A stretch of 57,342 nt of DNA, the filler included, from Trypethelium eluteriae (lineage: Eukaryota): the NCBI GenBank assembly GCA_051942245.1. It is 3 parts of 3 records of this genome, joined end to end, with 100 filler letters (N's around TTAATTAATTAA, not from the genome) between each part and the next. Parts side by side here need not be neighbours in the genome. Positions count along the whole stretch, not along the records: positions 19,156 to 38,205 come from JAVECL010000537.1; positions 38,306 to 57,342 come from JAVECL010000538.1; 1 more part is not named here. One strand, given 5' to 3'. The notes beneath the pieces were generated by a model. The model was not told the DNA's origin. It saw nothing but the letters and a program-made list of their open reading frames with translations, and did no database searches. How positions within the stretch are numbered: position 1 is the first letter of the stretch; each line of letters begins with the position of its first letter. This document shows, in pieces, positions 35,291 to 47,054 of the stretch. The translations under genes and the position numbers were made by a program.

Positions 35291-38205
35291 ATGAATGGTA
35301 GTTCGGTCGCCTCCCCTTCTTCCATGGATCGTCACGCACCCTCGGACAGCAATGCCCTGCGTCACCCGACCCCGGATCTTCAATCGCTGCAAGGGGCGTA
35401 TATGGGGAATGTGGAAAGATTAGAGCACGAGGCCGAGCGGTTAAGCTCTGGTGGCTCTGATCTTGCAGAAAATATACGTAAACTCAAGGCCGAACAGAAG
35501 TTGTCAGAAAGCCGGAGAGAATCATTACGATCAACCCCCACGCCGGCCGAGGAGGGCAGGCCATTTCCATTCAACAGATCCCGCAATACGTCGACAAGTT
35601 CTTACTCAAACTCAATCGTCGACGTCAACAACGCGGCAAGGTGGGGTGGATATGTACGTGTACATTGTTAATGCTCGGTGCTTGAGAGCCCTTTACTGAA
35701 TCCTACATAGTCCCCTGGCGGATATGTCACTTCTCCCGTCGGTTCCATAAGATCAGGATCTTGGTCACATCGCTCGACTCAAATGGCACGCTCAACCTCT
35801 CGCACGTCCCGTCTGACACAATTACCTGAACCGGAACAAGAAGGACGGCCACTGGATTCTCCATTGATCGGATCCAGTTCCGTGCCGACTGTACAACCAC
35901 CACAACCGCCAAGCCGACGCTCCTTTTCGAGAGAATACGAGAATATTGCACAAGAGATTCGAGATCAGCTCGACTCAATTTCTCCTGAGCACACCGAAGA
36001 ACCCGATCTCGAGGATCAAGATCCGACGGAACGGTACGAAGATATGGCCCAAGAAATCAGAGCTCAGTTGGATATGATATCTTCAGGACACAGTGAAAAT
36101 ATCAATGAGCACGAGGAGCACTCCGATGAACACCAAGAGCGGGATGATGAGTACAAGGGACGTTTGGACGGGCAAGACGAGCATGTCGAAGGACATGATG
36201 AACAACATGATGATGAGCGAGACGAGCATATCGATGAACACGCGGAGCCTATTAACAGATCTGTTGATGATATGGGCCAAGAGGAGACGCAAAGTAAAGA
36301 AGAGATGGTATCCTCTGAACATGAGGGTTCAAAGGATGATGAGCCAGATATAGAGTTCGTTGTCTACGAGCCTCAGGACTTTGCTACCGCCGATACTGAA
36401 GAAGATGATGTTCCTGAGCGGCACCTTGGTTATCTAAATGACGATCAAGACAGAGCACTTACACCACCTGATAGGCCCGCAACCGCTGCTTCTACAGACA
36501 CCTATCAGCAGGCAACAACGCTTTTCCATGACTTTGACGGAGTACATTATGCTCCAAGCATCAGACCTAGAGATGAAGAGATAGAAGACGACGACGTGCC
36601 ATCGCTAAGGAATCATCCCCTCACTCGTGCAGATCTGACCAGTCCAAAATCATACATTGAGCCTCCTCCTAGCGATGACATGGTCTTCTACCCAGCCCCA
36701 GTACCGAGGACCCTCAATCTCCCACAGCGCTTGTCTCAGCTTCCAAATGCGGCTTTACAAGCAAAGCGACGAAGCCAACTTGTTGGTGCTTTACCAGCAG
36801 ATGTTCGAAAATCCGCCGCGTGGCTGCCTCAACCAGACCCTCACAGTGAAAATATGCCAGAACGACCGACGTCGCAAGACACAAGTTCTCGACACAGCAA
36901 GGATAAAATGGACCTGGCTGGTCTACCTCCCCAGCTTCGAGCGAGTGCCTACTTTGACCATCCATCAGTTTCTCAGGATGTAGAAGTCAAAGGTGAATCT
37001 GCCGTGGCCACACTGGACAGTATCCTTGAAGCATCGGCAACTGCTCCGGTTGGGGCATTCACAAATCATCCAATTTCAGGCGCCTCAGGCTCGGAGGTGT
37101 TTAGCCGCGAAATCGCAAGGAGAAGTGTTACATCTCCGATAGAGAAGGTTTCTCTAGAGAAGAAGAAGAATCGCAGCACTCTGGATCTTCTCCTAGGCAG
37201 GAGAAAGTCTTCTGATCCAAATAAGATAATGCAAAAAGCAAACGGTAGCAAGCTTAGCCTTGGCACGCAATTAAACAACACGGAAGCTAACGAGGGCGAC
37301 CCACTTCGCGATCCCGGGGAGGAAGGAGAAGAGGAGGTGAATGATGGTGAAGACGAGGATGACCAAGAATCAGAGGAGCAATTCTTCGGACCGCCTTCTA
37401 CTCTCCTGGCAGAACTTCAGCTCCGGAAACTTCAACAGAAGCAACGAAATCGCACCGCTGCCACTGCCTTTCCGAACGGCATGCATTCCACTCTCCTCGA
37501 GCTCGACGCAGTAGCGCAGGTTGAAAAGAGGCGTCGCATGGCCCAGCGTCCTGCATTAGCTTGGGAAGATTCGGAAGCCAGAGCGGCAGAAGATGCAGAA
37601 GCTGATGATGACGACGTTCCACTTGGAATGCTATTTCCCGGTCGCGACGGCCTCGTCAATAGAGGAAAGGGAGCGTCTGACTGGGATAGACCTTTGGGTC
37701 TCATTGAAAAACGTGACCTCGAAGAGAATGAGCCACTTAGTCGTCGACGTGCTCGCCTTCGCGGCATCTCACCTAACAAGCGAGACGCAAGTCCCGGCAA
37801 GCGTGCGACGGGTATGCCTATCAGAGAGGAAGCACCCGAAGTCCAACCCCCCGAAGCCAAACCCGAGGAAGCCGACGAGGAAGAGGAGGAACCATTAGCT
37901 CAACGTCTCCGCCGTCTCAAAAACCGCGAATCCCTCAATGCCGCCCTTGGCGACATCGCCCAGCGACCCACGAGCACCGACTTCGCGAGCGAAATCATGA
38001 GCCAACTCGGCGGCTTCGACGACTCCAACAAAGACGCGTCCCCTACCGACGCCACTGTCCCTACCGCCAACGACGAAGAAGAAACCCTCGGCCAACGCCG
38101 TAAACGCCTCCAAGCCGAAGCCCTCGCAGCTGCCCACGGCCCCTCCTCCTCCACCACTCCTCCCCAACCCCGCAACATCAGCAACGGCTCCGCTCCCCCA
38201 GGCCC
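35291..38205 (+). CDS. Large acidic, disordered hypothetical protein (intron ~35653-35710; 3' end lost in gap)
   Basis: Motifs PTPDLQSLQGAY..NVERLE, NNAARWGGY|SPGGYV, YPAPVPRTLNLPQRLS, TLLAELQLRK, DVPLGMLF and ETLGQRRKRL. The ORF runs into the N linker. Confidence 0.8.
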
Positions 38206-38305
38206 NNNNNNNNNNNNNNNNNNNNNNNNNNNNNNNNNNNNNNNNNNNNTTAATTAATTAANNNNNNNNNNNNNNNNNNNNNNNNNNNNNNNNNNNNNNN
38301 NNNNN
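38206..38305. other. Artificial scaffold linker
   Basis: 44 N + TTAATTAATTAA + 44 N. Confidence 0.97.
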
Positions 38306-38464
38306 AATGCGCGAGATTCTCGAACCTACTACGTAGGTCCTCATTTTACTAGTTAATTAGGTTTTTTACTGTCCTCATTTTCGATGAGGTTTATATAGAG
38401 CCCTTATCTCAGGTTACACAGAGAAATTAATCGAGTCCTTTTCTCCAAAAAACGGTGCCTAACA
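38306..38464 (-). mobile_element. Possible LTR/transposon end truncating the NLR gene
   Basis: The minus strand starts TGTTAGG, becomes AT-rich with CTATATAAA, and runs to the contig end. NLR-like coding sense stops here. Confidence 0.35.
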
Positions 38465-39992
38465 TCATCAACTGCCTTTCCCGAGGAGGAATTTGGACTT
38501 TCAGACGTGCTTCAAATGTTAGAGCGGCATCTGGATCCTTATCAGAATTGTCATTATAGACCCTATGGTGGCTGTCGTTTCTGTAATGGACGATACCAAG
38601 ATTGATGAAACAGCGATCCATATCTAACTTTTCACCTGAAAGTCGATCAATGTCTAGGCGACTCCCACTATAGAAGCTGCGGAGCGCCTGACGCAGATTA
38701 TCCGTCCTCATAGCTTTCAAACTTTCCAGCTCGACACATATTTGTTTAAAATTTGCATCATCTGGACCAAAAAATTTATTTAAAAGTGAGTGCTTGACCT
38801 GCAGAGGCAAAGACGGAAAGGTGTGCAGAGAAGCAGAGTTCATCGGTACAAGCTAAAAGATCAGATTAGCTGATAACGTCTCTGCAATAGAGGACTAAGC
38901 CTACAATTCTTGGTTTTGCGAACGGAATCCAGGGTTTGAGCCAATCTGGAATAAGGAAGACAATCCGATTTGGGAATAGGCCATTAAGTACGATACTAGT
39001 CCTTGTCTCGTAAAAGCAAGTCAGGGGAATTTTGCGGTCTTTTGCAAGTCTTGTAAAGTCTTCCACAGTCTCTTCCAGGTTTATCCTTGGGTTCTTCACA
39101 TATCTGATAAGGCTATCCGAAGATTCGCTTCTCATTGCTCTAGCTAATCGAGCGCGGACTTCAGCTGCCTTAGCTGTATCACTCCCGCTAAAAGGTGTTC
39201 CAAGAAAGATCATTCCTCGAGTATTCTTAATCACATCATATTCATCGCTAAAGCGGATAGATGCGTGGGTAATTGCCTGTTTGAGTATCAGCACAATTGG
39301 TGTACGACCCGGGGCAGAAACTTACTTTTGCTAATAGCAATCCGCCGAAACAGGAAGCAATGAAGATCATTGGGGTATCGTTGCAGTCCTAGCACTATTA
39401 CAGGTCAAGAAGTATACTCAAATGTAATTGTAACTTACACGCTCGCCAAGTTCACGAATCAAAGTTTTTGCGTGCCCAAGCAGAGTGTCTTCTGCGGGAT
39501 CACCAATTGTGTTGGCATTCCAGTCATATGTGAAAATGCGCGCATCTCGAAGTTTTTGGGGCAACATGTTGTCATCCTTCAGCCAATTGATCTCGCCGTT
39601 AGAGGAGTTGCGTCGATTCCTATAAGCAACCCATGTCTTCGGGGCCCATGTGTCAAGTCTGTGGATCGCGACAATGCTAGAAAGAAGTCAACTTTGGTTT
39701 CGGGGGCGAGAAGGTGCAGGTACTCAATCGTTGGGTGTTTTTGTTCAGCGCAAGTTCGAGGCGGCCAGACTTGATCGAGGCCTCCAACTATCCGTCCAGA
39801 CGGAGAAGAGAGTCGAGGATAGCATAGAATCCCCAAACCCAGGAATGCAAGAGTCAATCCGCAAGAAATTGCTGCTACTGAGCTAATACATCCAATCGCG
39901 TTCTCTATGAATGAACACACCAGGCTGAACCCACATTCTCCGCTTGACGCAACTTCAGCGATGACAGTGGGCTGTCCAACGTATTCGGCCAT
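38427..39992 (-). pseudogene. Truncated fungal NLR-like gene: SesB/DUF676-type alpha/beta-hydrolase N-terminal domain plus pre-NACHT linker
   Basis: DIVAIHRLDT, INWLKDDNMLP...ARIFTYDWNA, IFIASCFGGLLLAK, GMIFLGTPFSGS, CFYET, HSLLNKF, then RLDIDRLSGEKLDMDRCFINLGIV, which typically precedes a NACHT P-loop. No P-loop occurs before the stop. Confidence 0.75.
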
Positions 39993-40254
39993 TGGAATGA
40001 CGTAGAGTAGCAAGGATCGGAGGTTGCTCTGGCCTTTGAGGCCCTTTCATGAGCACCAGATGAAATACCTGCACAGATATTATTGATGCTATGAAACTGA
40101 CTTGAGAGCGACGATTGTCGTTAACGAAAAGTGGCGTAGGCCAGGCAGCCAATCCCTATCAGCCAATCGTATGCAGGCTTGATGATCGCCAATGTCGAAC
40201 CCCATTACAGCTTGAGAAGACGGTTTCTCTAATCTCTACCTCTGTTCCAGCAGA

Positions 40255-41328
40255 ATGCAGATTGTAACGGTGCAACCCCAATTTGATGACATCTTTACCT
40301 TGGACGATGCTGGCGTAACATGCAATTTACGTCGCAAGGACCACCATGAAACACTTGTTGGCCAGCCTCGAGTGAAGCTGGATAATGGCGACCTGATGCG
40401 ATATCTTCGAGAAACTCACCTCACACAAGACTTGGATAAGCTAATTCGCTATATTCAATTGGTCGGTACAAGTCACATCACCTTCCCGGTGCAGTATTGA
40501 TGGCGAATTAACATGGTTCAATCCCAGCTTGGTCTGGCGACCCCTGACCATGCCCACATTTCAGCGCTCCACCACCAGACCGCTCGCGGACGAGAGGTGG
40601 TAGTTGTGATGAATCCCAATCTCCATCTCGTCTGGTACTACGACCGAATCTTCATCCAGCCAATCCCGAGATATTTGCTCTCAGAGGCGTTTTGGAAGTT
40701 TCTACAAAGACAAGACAAGGCACTTTGGCAGGCATGCGCAGGCTTCATACGGACATATTGGTATCTGATCAAATATGAGATTGACTTCCAAAAAGCGTTG
40801 GATCCCGCTTTGGGACTGATACCTGTTGTCGACAAGCAAAATCCGATGACATTTGAAGAGTTCGTGCAATTTGTCAGGCCATTCACAAAACTCGGCGATG
40901 ACTGTGTCAGCAAACGGTTCACGTTTGGAGAGCTCCGTCTTTCGCGGCTCAATATACTCGCACGAATATTTTTGGGAAAGATGACATATCATCACATTCA
41001 TGCTCAATGGAATGAATACTTGGGGAAATTTCTCGCGCCGTTCATAGCATTATTCGCGTTGTTGTCGGCTGTGCTAAGCGCCATGCAAGTTGGTTTGGCT
41101 ACAGCAGTAGTCACGACTGAGTCTGGGAGCTGGCACTTCTTCTCTACGGTATCTAGGTGGTTTGCCGTTGTCATCATCATCCTGGTCTTACTCGCTTTGA
41201 TCTCTTACCTTGTGCTTGTTATTATCATGATGGTTCATGATTTCTACTTTGCCAAGAAAATGGAACAACGAAAGAGGATACCCGGGTTCAAGCATAAAAT
41301 CTCGGAGATGAGATCTGGGGTTGTCTAA
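40255..41328 (+). CDS. DUF6601-like protein with two C-terminal TM helices (intron ~40462-40527)
   Basis: HISALHHQTARGREVVVVMNPNLHLVWYYDRIFIQPIPRYLLS, FTFGELRLSRLN and VLSAMQVGLAT resemble DUF6601 family signatures. Confidence 0.75.
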
Positions 41329-42501
41329 GCTCGATAAAGGCGCCCTCGCTCATGCCAGGTGTATTGAAGGGGTTCACACTGAGAAGATAGTGTTGTTTAG
41401 GGAAGGTTGTGTGACTCGTACGCCCCAGTGAATCTGATGCCATGGAAGGGGTTCAGATTTGAGCCACAACCAGCTGTCTTGGGGTGAGCGAAGGAGAAGT
41501 GCTTTGTGGAATGCGCAATCAGGCTGAATCTCGAATTTCGAATATCGATGGCATGCCGACAAGGTCTGAATGCTGCCACTATCACGGTACCAGCAGGTGA
41601 CCATGTAGAAGACTGATTTCACCGGGGGAACAGCCTGAGCCGTAGCGCGGCCGTCTGATCCAGGCTCAGCCGAAAGGGGCCGTGGAGGACGGTCATTCTT
41701 ATTGAAGAGGTACCTACCTTATCCCTTGCGCTGGTGGGGCTACCTCGCACGGACTTCAAATCACGTGCTATCACCGAAAGAAAAGTGATTCGTGCGAGGC
41801 AGCCCACAGCACCAGCGCAAGGAGTATGTCATATTCAAAGTTATAAGTGTCTGACAGTTCCAGTTTCCTGGGCAGATGGGAGAAGGAACCAATGCTCACC
41901 AGGGGCTGGAAGCGTAACTGCATAGAATAATGAATACATAAAGCTGTGTGTGAATTGGATAGCATAATTATCTGGATGATATGCGTACATGTGTTTGGCT
42001 AATTAGGCTTAATTTCTGCTCAATCAGATAGAGTACTAGCTTAATTTGGTCTACTTTATATCCCTCTCACCCCTGCGTGGCACTTGTGCACTCGCGGATC
42101 TCTTAACTCTCCGCAGGTCTAAATCACTAAAGAGATATAAGCTAGACCCAGTTCAGCTGATATTAAAGCTAATTCAGCAGAGACTGAGCCTCATTAGCTA
42201 GATACGGATATTATCCCAGATCGGAGGGATGAGATGCGAGATCATGTGATATGTCATGTGGTATTGCGCATAGACCTCTACACAGCTGTATATATAGGTA
42301 GACGGCGCTGCCCGCATGTCGGCATCAATATCCACGCTCGTTGCTTTCATCTCATTGCTGGATCCCTGACACTCTGGTTGCAGATAGGAGCGCGTGTGCT
42401 TCTGCTGTACATTCACACATTCTGTGAACGTATCGATTACGAAACTTTTTCGTTGCATGGCGTTGTAAGCTTGTAGCATAGCTTTATTGTCCGTAATATA
42501 C

Positions 42502-42520
42502 ATATATATATATATATATA
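42502..42520. repeat. (AT)n microsatellite
   Basis: atatatatatatatatata. Confidence 0.85.
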
Positions 42521-42632
42521 CTAAGATCACTCATCTGCACCTTTATATTTTGCTCCCTATTTCCACCTTTCCTCAATATCCCTTCAATCGGCCTAATATA
42601 TGGCGGATTAATTACATTATCAAGGAGTCAAA

Positions 42633-43571
42633 ATGTTACACTCTCAAGAAGCAAGGGTTCAGGTGACCGTGCCCTCAACAAATCGAGTCTGCTATACATG
42701 GTACAAGATATTCGGGCATCTTGAGTCGCATCATGTTCCCCTCGTTGTGCTCCATGGGGGTCCTGGAGCTTGCCATGAGTATATGCTTCCTTACAGGAAG
42801 CTCACGGAAAGATTCGGTATTCCTACCATCTTCTACGACCAACTCGGCAATGGAAACTCTACACGTCTTCCAGAAAAAAATGGCGATGGCACTTTCTGGA
42901 CCGAGAGTCTGTTCAGTGACGAACTGAACAACCTTATTGATCATCTCGACCTTCGGAAGCGAGGCTTTGATCTGCTTGGCCATAGTTGGGGTGGGATGTT
43001 AGGCTCTGCCTATGCATGCTCTCAGCCCACCGGCCTCCGACGGGTGATCATTACGGATGCTCCTGCAGATTTGGGTCTCTGGGAAGAAGCAGCCAAAGGG
43101 CTGGTGTCGAGACTGCCGAGAGATGTGCAGGAGCTGCTTGGAAAGGAGCAAGAGTTATCTGGTAGCGAGAAATTTGACGCGGCGATGGAGACTTCTCGAA
43201 AACATTACTTTTGCAAAGTTGAAGCTCCAGAGATCCAAAATGTTTTCAAGCACATACTTGAAGATCCGACCGTGTTTTCAACGATGAAGGGGTTCTCAGA
43301 GATCTCAATTACCGGAACATTGAAGAATTGGAGTGTAATAAGTCGCCTGCACAGACTACGGTCACCAGTGTTGTTGTTGAACGGGGAAGATGATCAGGCA
43401 CAGGACAATACCATGAGGTCGTTTTTTGACATCCTCAAGAAAGTTCAGTGGGAAAAGATTGAGGAGGCGAGTCACAACCCACATCTCGAACAGCCCGAAA
43501 CGGTCATCGAGATCGTCGCCAAATTTCTCTTAGATGAGGGGCTATTTCTGCTCGATGAGCAGGGGAAGTAA
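42633..43571 (+). CDS. Proline iminopeptidase / proline-specific peptidase (alpha/beta hydrolase, S33)
   Basis: LHGGPG, FYDQLGNGNS, nucleophile GHSWGG, NGEDD and ASHNPHLE. Intronless. Confidence 0.9.
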   Translation: MLHSQEARVQVTVPSTNRVCYTWYKIFGHLESHHVPLVVLHGGPGACHEYMLPYRKLTERFGIPTIFYDQLGNGNSTRLPEKNGDGTFWTESLFSDELNNLIDHLDLRKRGFDLLGHSWGGMLGSAYACSQPTGLRRVIITDAPADLGLWEEAAKGLVSRLPRDVQELLGKEQELSGSEKFDAAMETSRKHYFCKVEAPEIQNVFKHILEDPTVFSTMKGFSEISITGTLKNWSVISRLHRLRSPVLLLNGEDDQAQDNTMRSFFDILKKVQWEKIEEASHNPHLEQPETVIEIVAKFLLDEGLFLLDEQGK

Positions 43572-43670
43572 CGCCAATATCATTCTGGCTTGACTAGCGA
43601 TCGATAGTGACGAGAATTCCTTTCACAGAATTTCTCACAGTATACCTGACCTATTGAATACACGCATCCG

Positions 43671-44603
43671 TTAGGTACGTCGCGTGGCCATAAGGATGCT
43701 GACAGGCCAGTGACCTCTGCATGTTCCACCCGCCAGTATTATATCCAGCTTTGATAGATGTCTTTCTAGCATATCTGGGTCAGGGTCAAAAGGATAGGAG
43801 CCCACCGTGGCTCTTAAGCCTTCAATATCCACATCAAAGAACCAGTCTTCCTCAACGCCCTCCTCAAGCCGATCGTGTGGACCGACATTGGACACGTGCG
43901 GACCACCTTTTGAGCTCTCAGGAGCTTGCACGAATGCGGCTGGATCCCCCATCATATTTAACTTCAGACGTACTGCACCAGGCTCAAAATCACTCTCGGG
44001 AAGTGCGATACAGTCGTAACCGTTGTCTTGGATGGCTAAGATCCGTTCCACGTCTGCTTTCGGCATCCGCTTCTTGACATCGGCAAGGCAGTTATCAACC
44101 ATGCTCCACCATGAAGGTTGTACCGCGGAATCGTACTTGGGTATTCCATTCAGACATATGAAAAGCGTACCGTGTGGCTTGAGCTGGTCCGTTGAAATGG
44201 CCATTGCCTTGTCCAAATCAGTCCAGTGGATCGCATTGCAGCAGAAGATGGCATCGACACTGGCTTTGGGCAGTTCGCAGTCCTCGACACGTTCTTGCCG
44301 GAATGAAAACTTGTTGAAACTGCTGCTTGCGGCGCCGATGAGTTCTCTCGCGACATCTAGAGATTTAGGGGCTGGGTCGCTAACGATTACGTGGTCGAAT
44401 CTCTTCGAAAGTTCGAGTGAAAGTTCACCAAAACCCGCTCCTACATCATGGACTGTTCCAAAGGAGCCTCCGTGTGTCGCATGATAGTCGTAAAACCGTT
44501 GATAGAACGAGGATGGAATGGCTGGCCGCCCTATTCGGTAGTTTCTCCAAAATTCCGTCCGACGGTCGAAAAGCGTACTCTCTGTTTTGATATCTGACGG
44601 CAT
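43671..44603 (-). CDS. Class I SAM-dependent methyltransferase (type 11, Tmt1-like)
   Basis: YRIGRPAIP, motif I VHDVGAGFG, VIVSDP, SVDAIFCCNAIHW and LKPHGT. Likely start MPSDIK. Confidence 0.87.
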   Translation of the reverse strand: MPSDIKTESTLFDRRTEFWRNYRIGRPAIPSSFYQRFYDYHATHGGSFGTVHDVGAGFGELSLELSKRFDHVIVSDPAPKSLDVARELIGAASSSFNKFSFRQERVEDCELPKASVDAIFCCNAIHWTDLDKAMAISTDQLKPHGTLFICLNGIPKYDSAVQPSWWSMVDNCLADVKKRMPKADVERILAIQDNGYDCIALPESDFEPGAVRLKLNMMGDPAAFVQAPESSKGGPHVSNVGPHDRLEEGVEEDWFFDVDIEGLRATVGSYPFDPDPDMLERHLSKLDIILAGGTCRGHWPVSILMATRRT

Positions 44604-44869
44604 GCTGGAAGGTTGATCCTTATGCAAGAGACTTTTCAGTAGTAGGAATTCGGAAAGGGAAGGCCCAAGAGATGAACAGCGGCAACTTCGCTTCAGCAAA
44701 AATGGTTAATATCATTAGAGGTGCAGCTGTTCTTGGAGGAAATTCAAGTCATCTTGATGAGAAAAAAGCTGTAGCCACTCTAACTAAGCTCTGAAGGGCT
44801 CCACATACCCAACGCTTAGGTTGTAAAGCCGATGATATCATACCTTAGCTTTGGGTATCGTACTTTATG

Positions 44870-45133
44870 CAAGGTATGTCACAAATTGACGCATGATTTG
44901 ATTGCAGTTCATACCGTACTCTGCGCCGCAATTTGAATGCTCGTCTCGTCTCGGCGATCCCCAGATCAATAACCGGAATAGATAGAGTACTCTAGACCTT
45001 GATTGGCCGGGTCTACAACTTTGACATAACACACAACGATTTCTTGCAATTTCATCCGGATGACACGGCCACCAGGCCACCGTATCTTGGTTCAGATATC
45101 ACGCTCACATCCAAGGGTTGATATTCAGCTCAT
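44870..45133 (-). pseudogene. Possible degenerate N-terminus of a HET-domain gene
   Basis: Pieces in shifting frames (YQPLDVS, KIR, LVAVSSG, EIVVCYVKVVDP..LEY, IWGSP) follow the order of the HET N-terminal YxPL..IRL..C.L..Y.ALSY.WG motif. Confidence 0.35.
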
Positions 45134-45744
45134 CGGTCGACGCGCTTAGTTAAGGTTAGTGCCCCGGGCCCAGGCCGCATGGGCAAACGCCCGGGTTGCT
45201 ATGCAGTGCTCCGCAGACGGCGTAGAGTAGCGCTTTCCTACGGCAGAAATGTCACTTTCGAGTATCCTCAGCCTTTCTCCATCCTTTCCTGAAAGCTTCA
45301 CCTGACATATCAATTTCTCTCTGGCTTTACATCGATTGCATCTTTCTGTGGATCTCAATAAATGCGGCGCGATCCCAGGGTCGAGTGGGGAGCTTGCACA
45401 CCAATCCTAGATATCAGGCAACCGTTCTCAAGGGCAACTGTGCCGTAAAAGCGCATGCAAAGCACAGAGCAACGATGTTCACTTCCTCTCCCGTGATTTC
45501 GGTGCAGGCTGCTGATCACTGGCCATTCAGCTTTCTTGATTGAGCGCATGTAATTGGTGAGGAGTTCTGTTGCGTATAGCATCTATCCATGACAACTAGT
45601 ACGCGCCTCTTTGCTTCGTTGCCACGTCGGCAGCTAGGACCTTTATTTGTGGGATGACTGCTTGCACATCTGTACGGTAGAAAGCTCGTCTCCATCGCCG
45701 TTCCAATTGTTCAGCCCCCAGAGTCTCTGAGTCTATGTCATTCC

Positions 45745-45771
45745 TTTTTTTTTTTTTTTTTTTTTTTTTTT
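45745..45771. repeat. Poly(T) run, 27 nt
   Basis: Direct read. Confidence 0.9.
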
Positions 45772-47054
45772 CAATGCCACTGAACAGTTCTCGTCAAATC
45801 CTCTACACGCAAGCTTAGACGTACGACAATTCCAAGACTACTATGTCGGATGTAATTTCCGCACCAGGCCTCAATACACAAGTCTCCAGATTTAGTGCCA
45901 CGACCCGGTTGTCAACCTGTTCAAGGCCATTGCATGGACTTTGACAGGCGCTGCCACAATTGAGGTCGCTGGCCGACTGTTCATTCGGACATCTGTGAGA
46001 TCGTTTCCTAACCGATGACTCCAGAGGCTTGTGGCTCGCCCAGGTACACTGGGTACCAGCGTCAAGTGGAGGAATATCGTTGTGGAATATGTACAAGTTG
46101 GCGCTGATCTCATCAGGAAGCCATCCCTTGAAAGAAGTGATTGCTTCTGCTGATCGAAATGTGTAGAGAAGGAACCAATGTTCACTATCTTCATCTGTCC
46201 TTGGCCTGTCACTCGACCACAGTCGTCTTCTACATCTCTCCATGGCCGTACTCTAATTCTTCCGGAACAGCCCCTTATATTGCCGCCGCAGCTCATCGCA
46301 AGTAAGCATCTCTACTGTGGGCAGCGATGACTTCCATGTAACAGTGCACTTGATGGGACCATCCTCTCTGAAATACATATCCTCGATTTCGGACACTCCA
46401 TCATCCACTTCAAGCCTACTGTAGATAGGGCTGACAGAGAGATCCTATTCTGTGCTGCATGGTTCCGATAAAGCTTGAGGTCGTCTTGCCTCTAATTCCT
46501 CTCGTGTCGCCTTTGCCTGTCACGTCTCCTTCGTCGCACGACGAAGCCGTTTCCGAGAAGCGCCGTTATCAGGAAGAAACATCAGCCAGGTCGATAGCTG
46601 AGCCCATTTTGAGTTCGCGATCCTTGGGCGCAAGGGCTGAGATCAGACCGGGCAGCGTTGCTTCGTCCGCGATCACACGAGGCGGTGACGATAAATGTCG
46701 CGTAAGGGGATTTTCTCCAATCCACATGTAAGAACTAGAGTGAGGTTCAAAATGACTGGTATGGAGCTTACCCAGGTGACGATCATCAGTGAATATCGAC
46801 AGACACTCAGAACTGGCATTATCTGCCTCTGTCTCTTGCTGCATGTGTCAAAATCTTCAGGATTTCTGTTGGGGGATATCTTGATTATGTTATCGCAATC
46901 TTTGGGACAGCGACACCCGGAAGAAATTTGCACTATTTAGAGGCTCTAGATCGAAAAGACGGTAAAAGTGCATGAGTCAACCACGCATACTTATTTCGCA
47001 TAAATTGCAGCCAGGGAAATCCTCGCCTCCCGTGCCATCACTTCGATTCCAACA

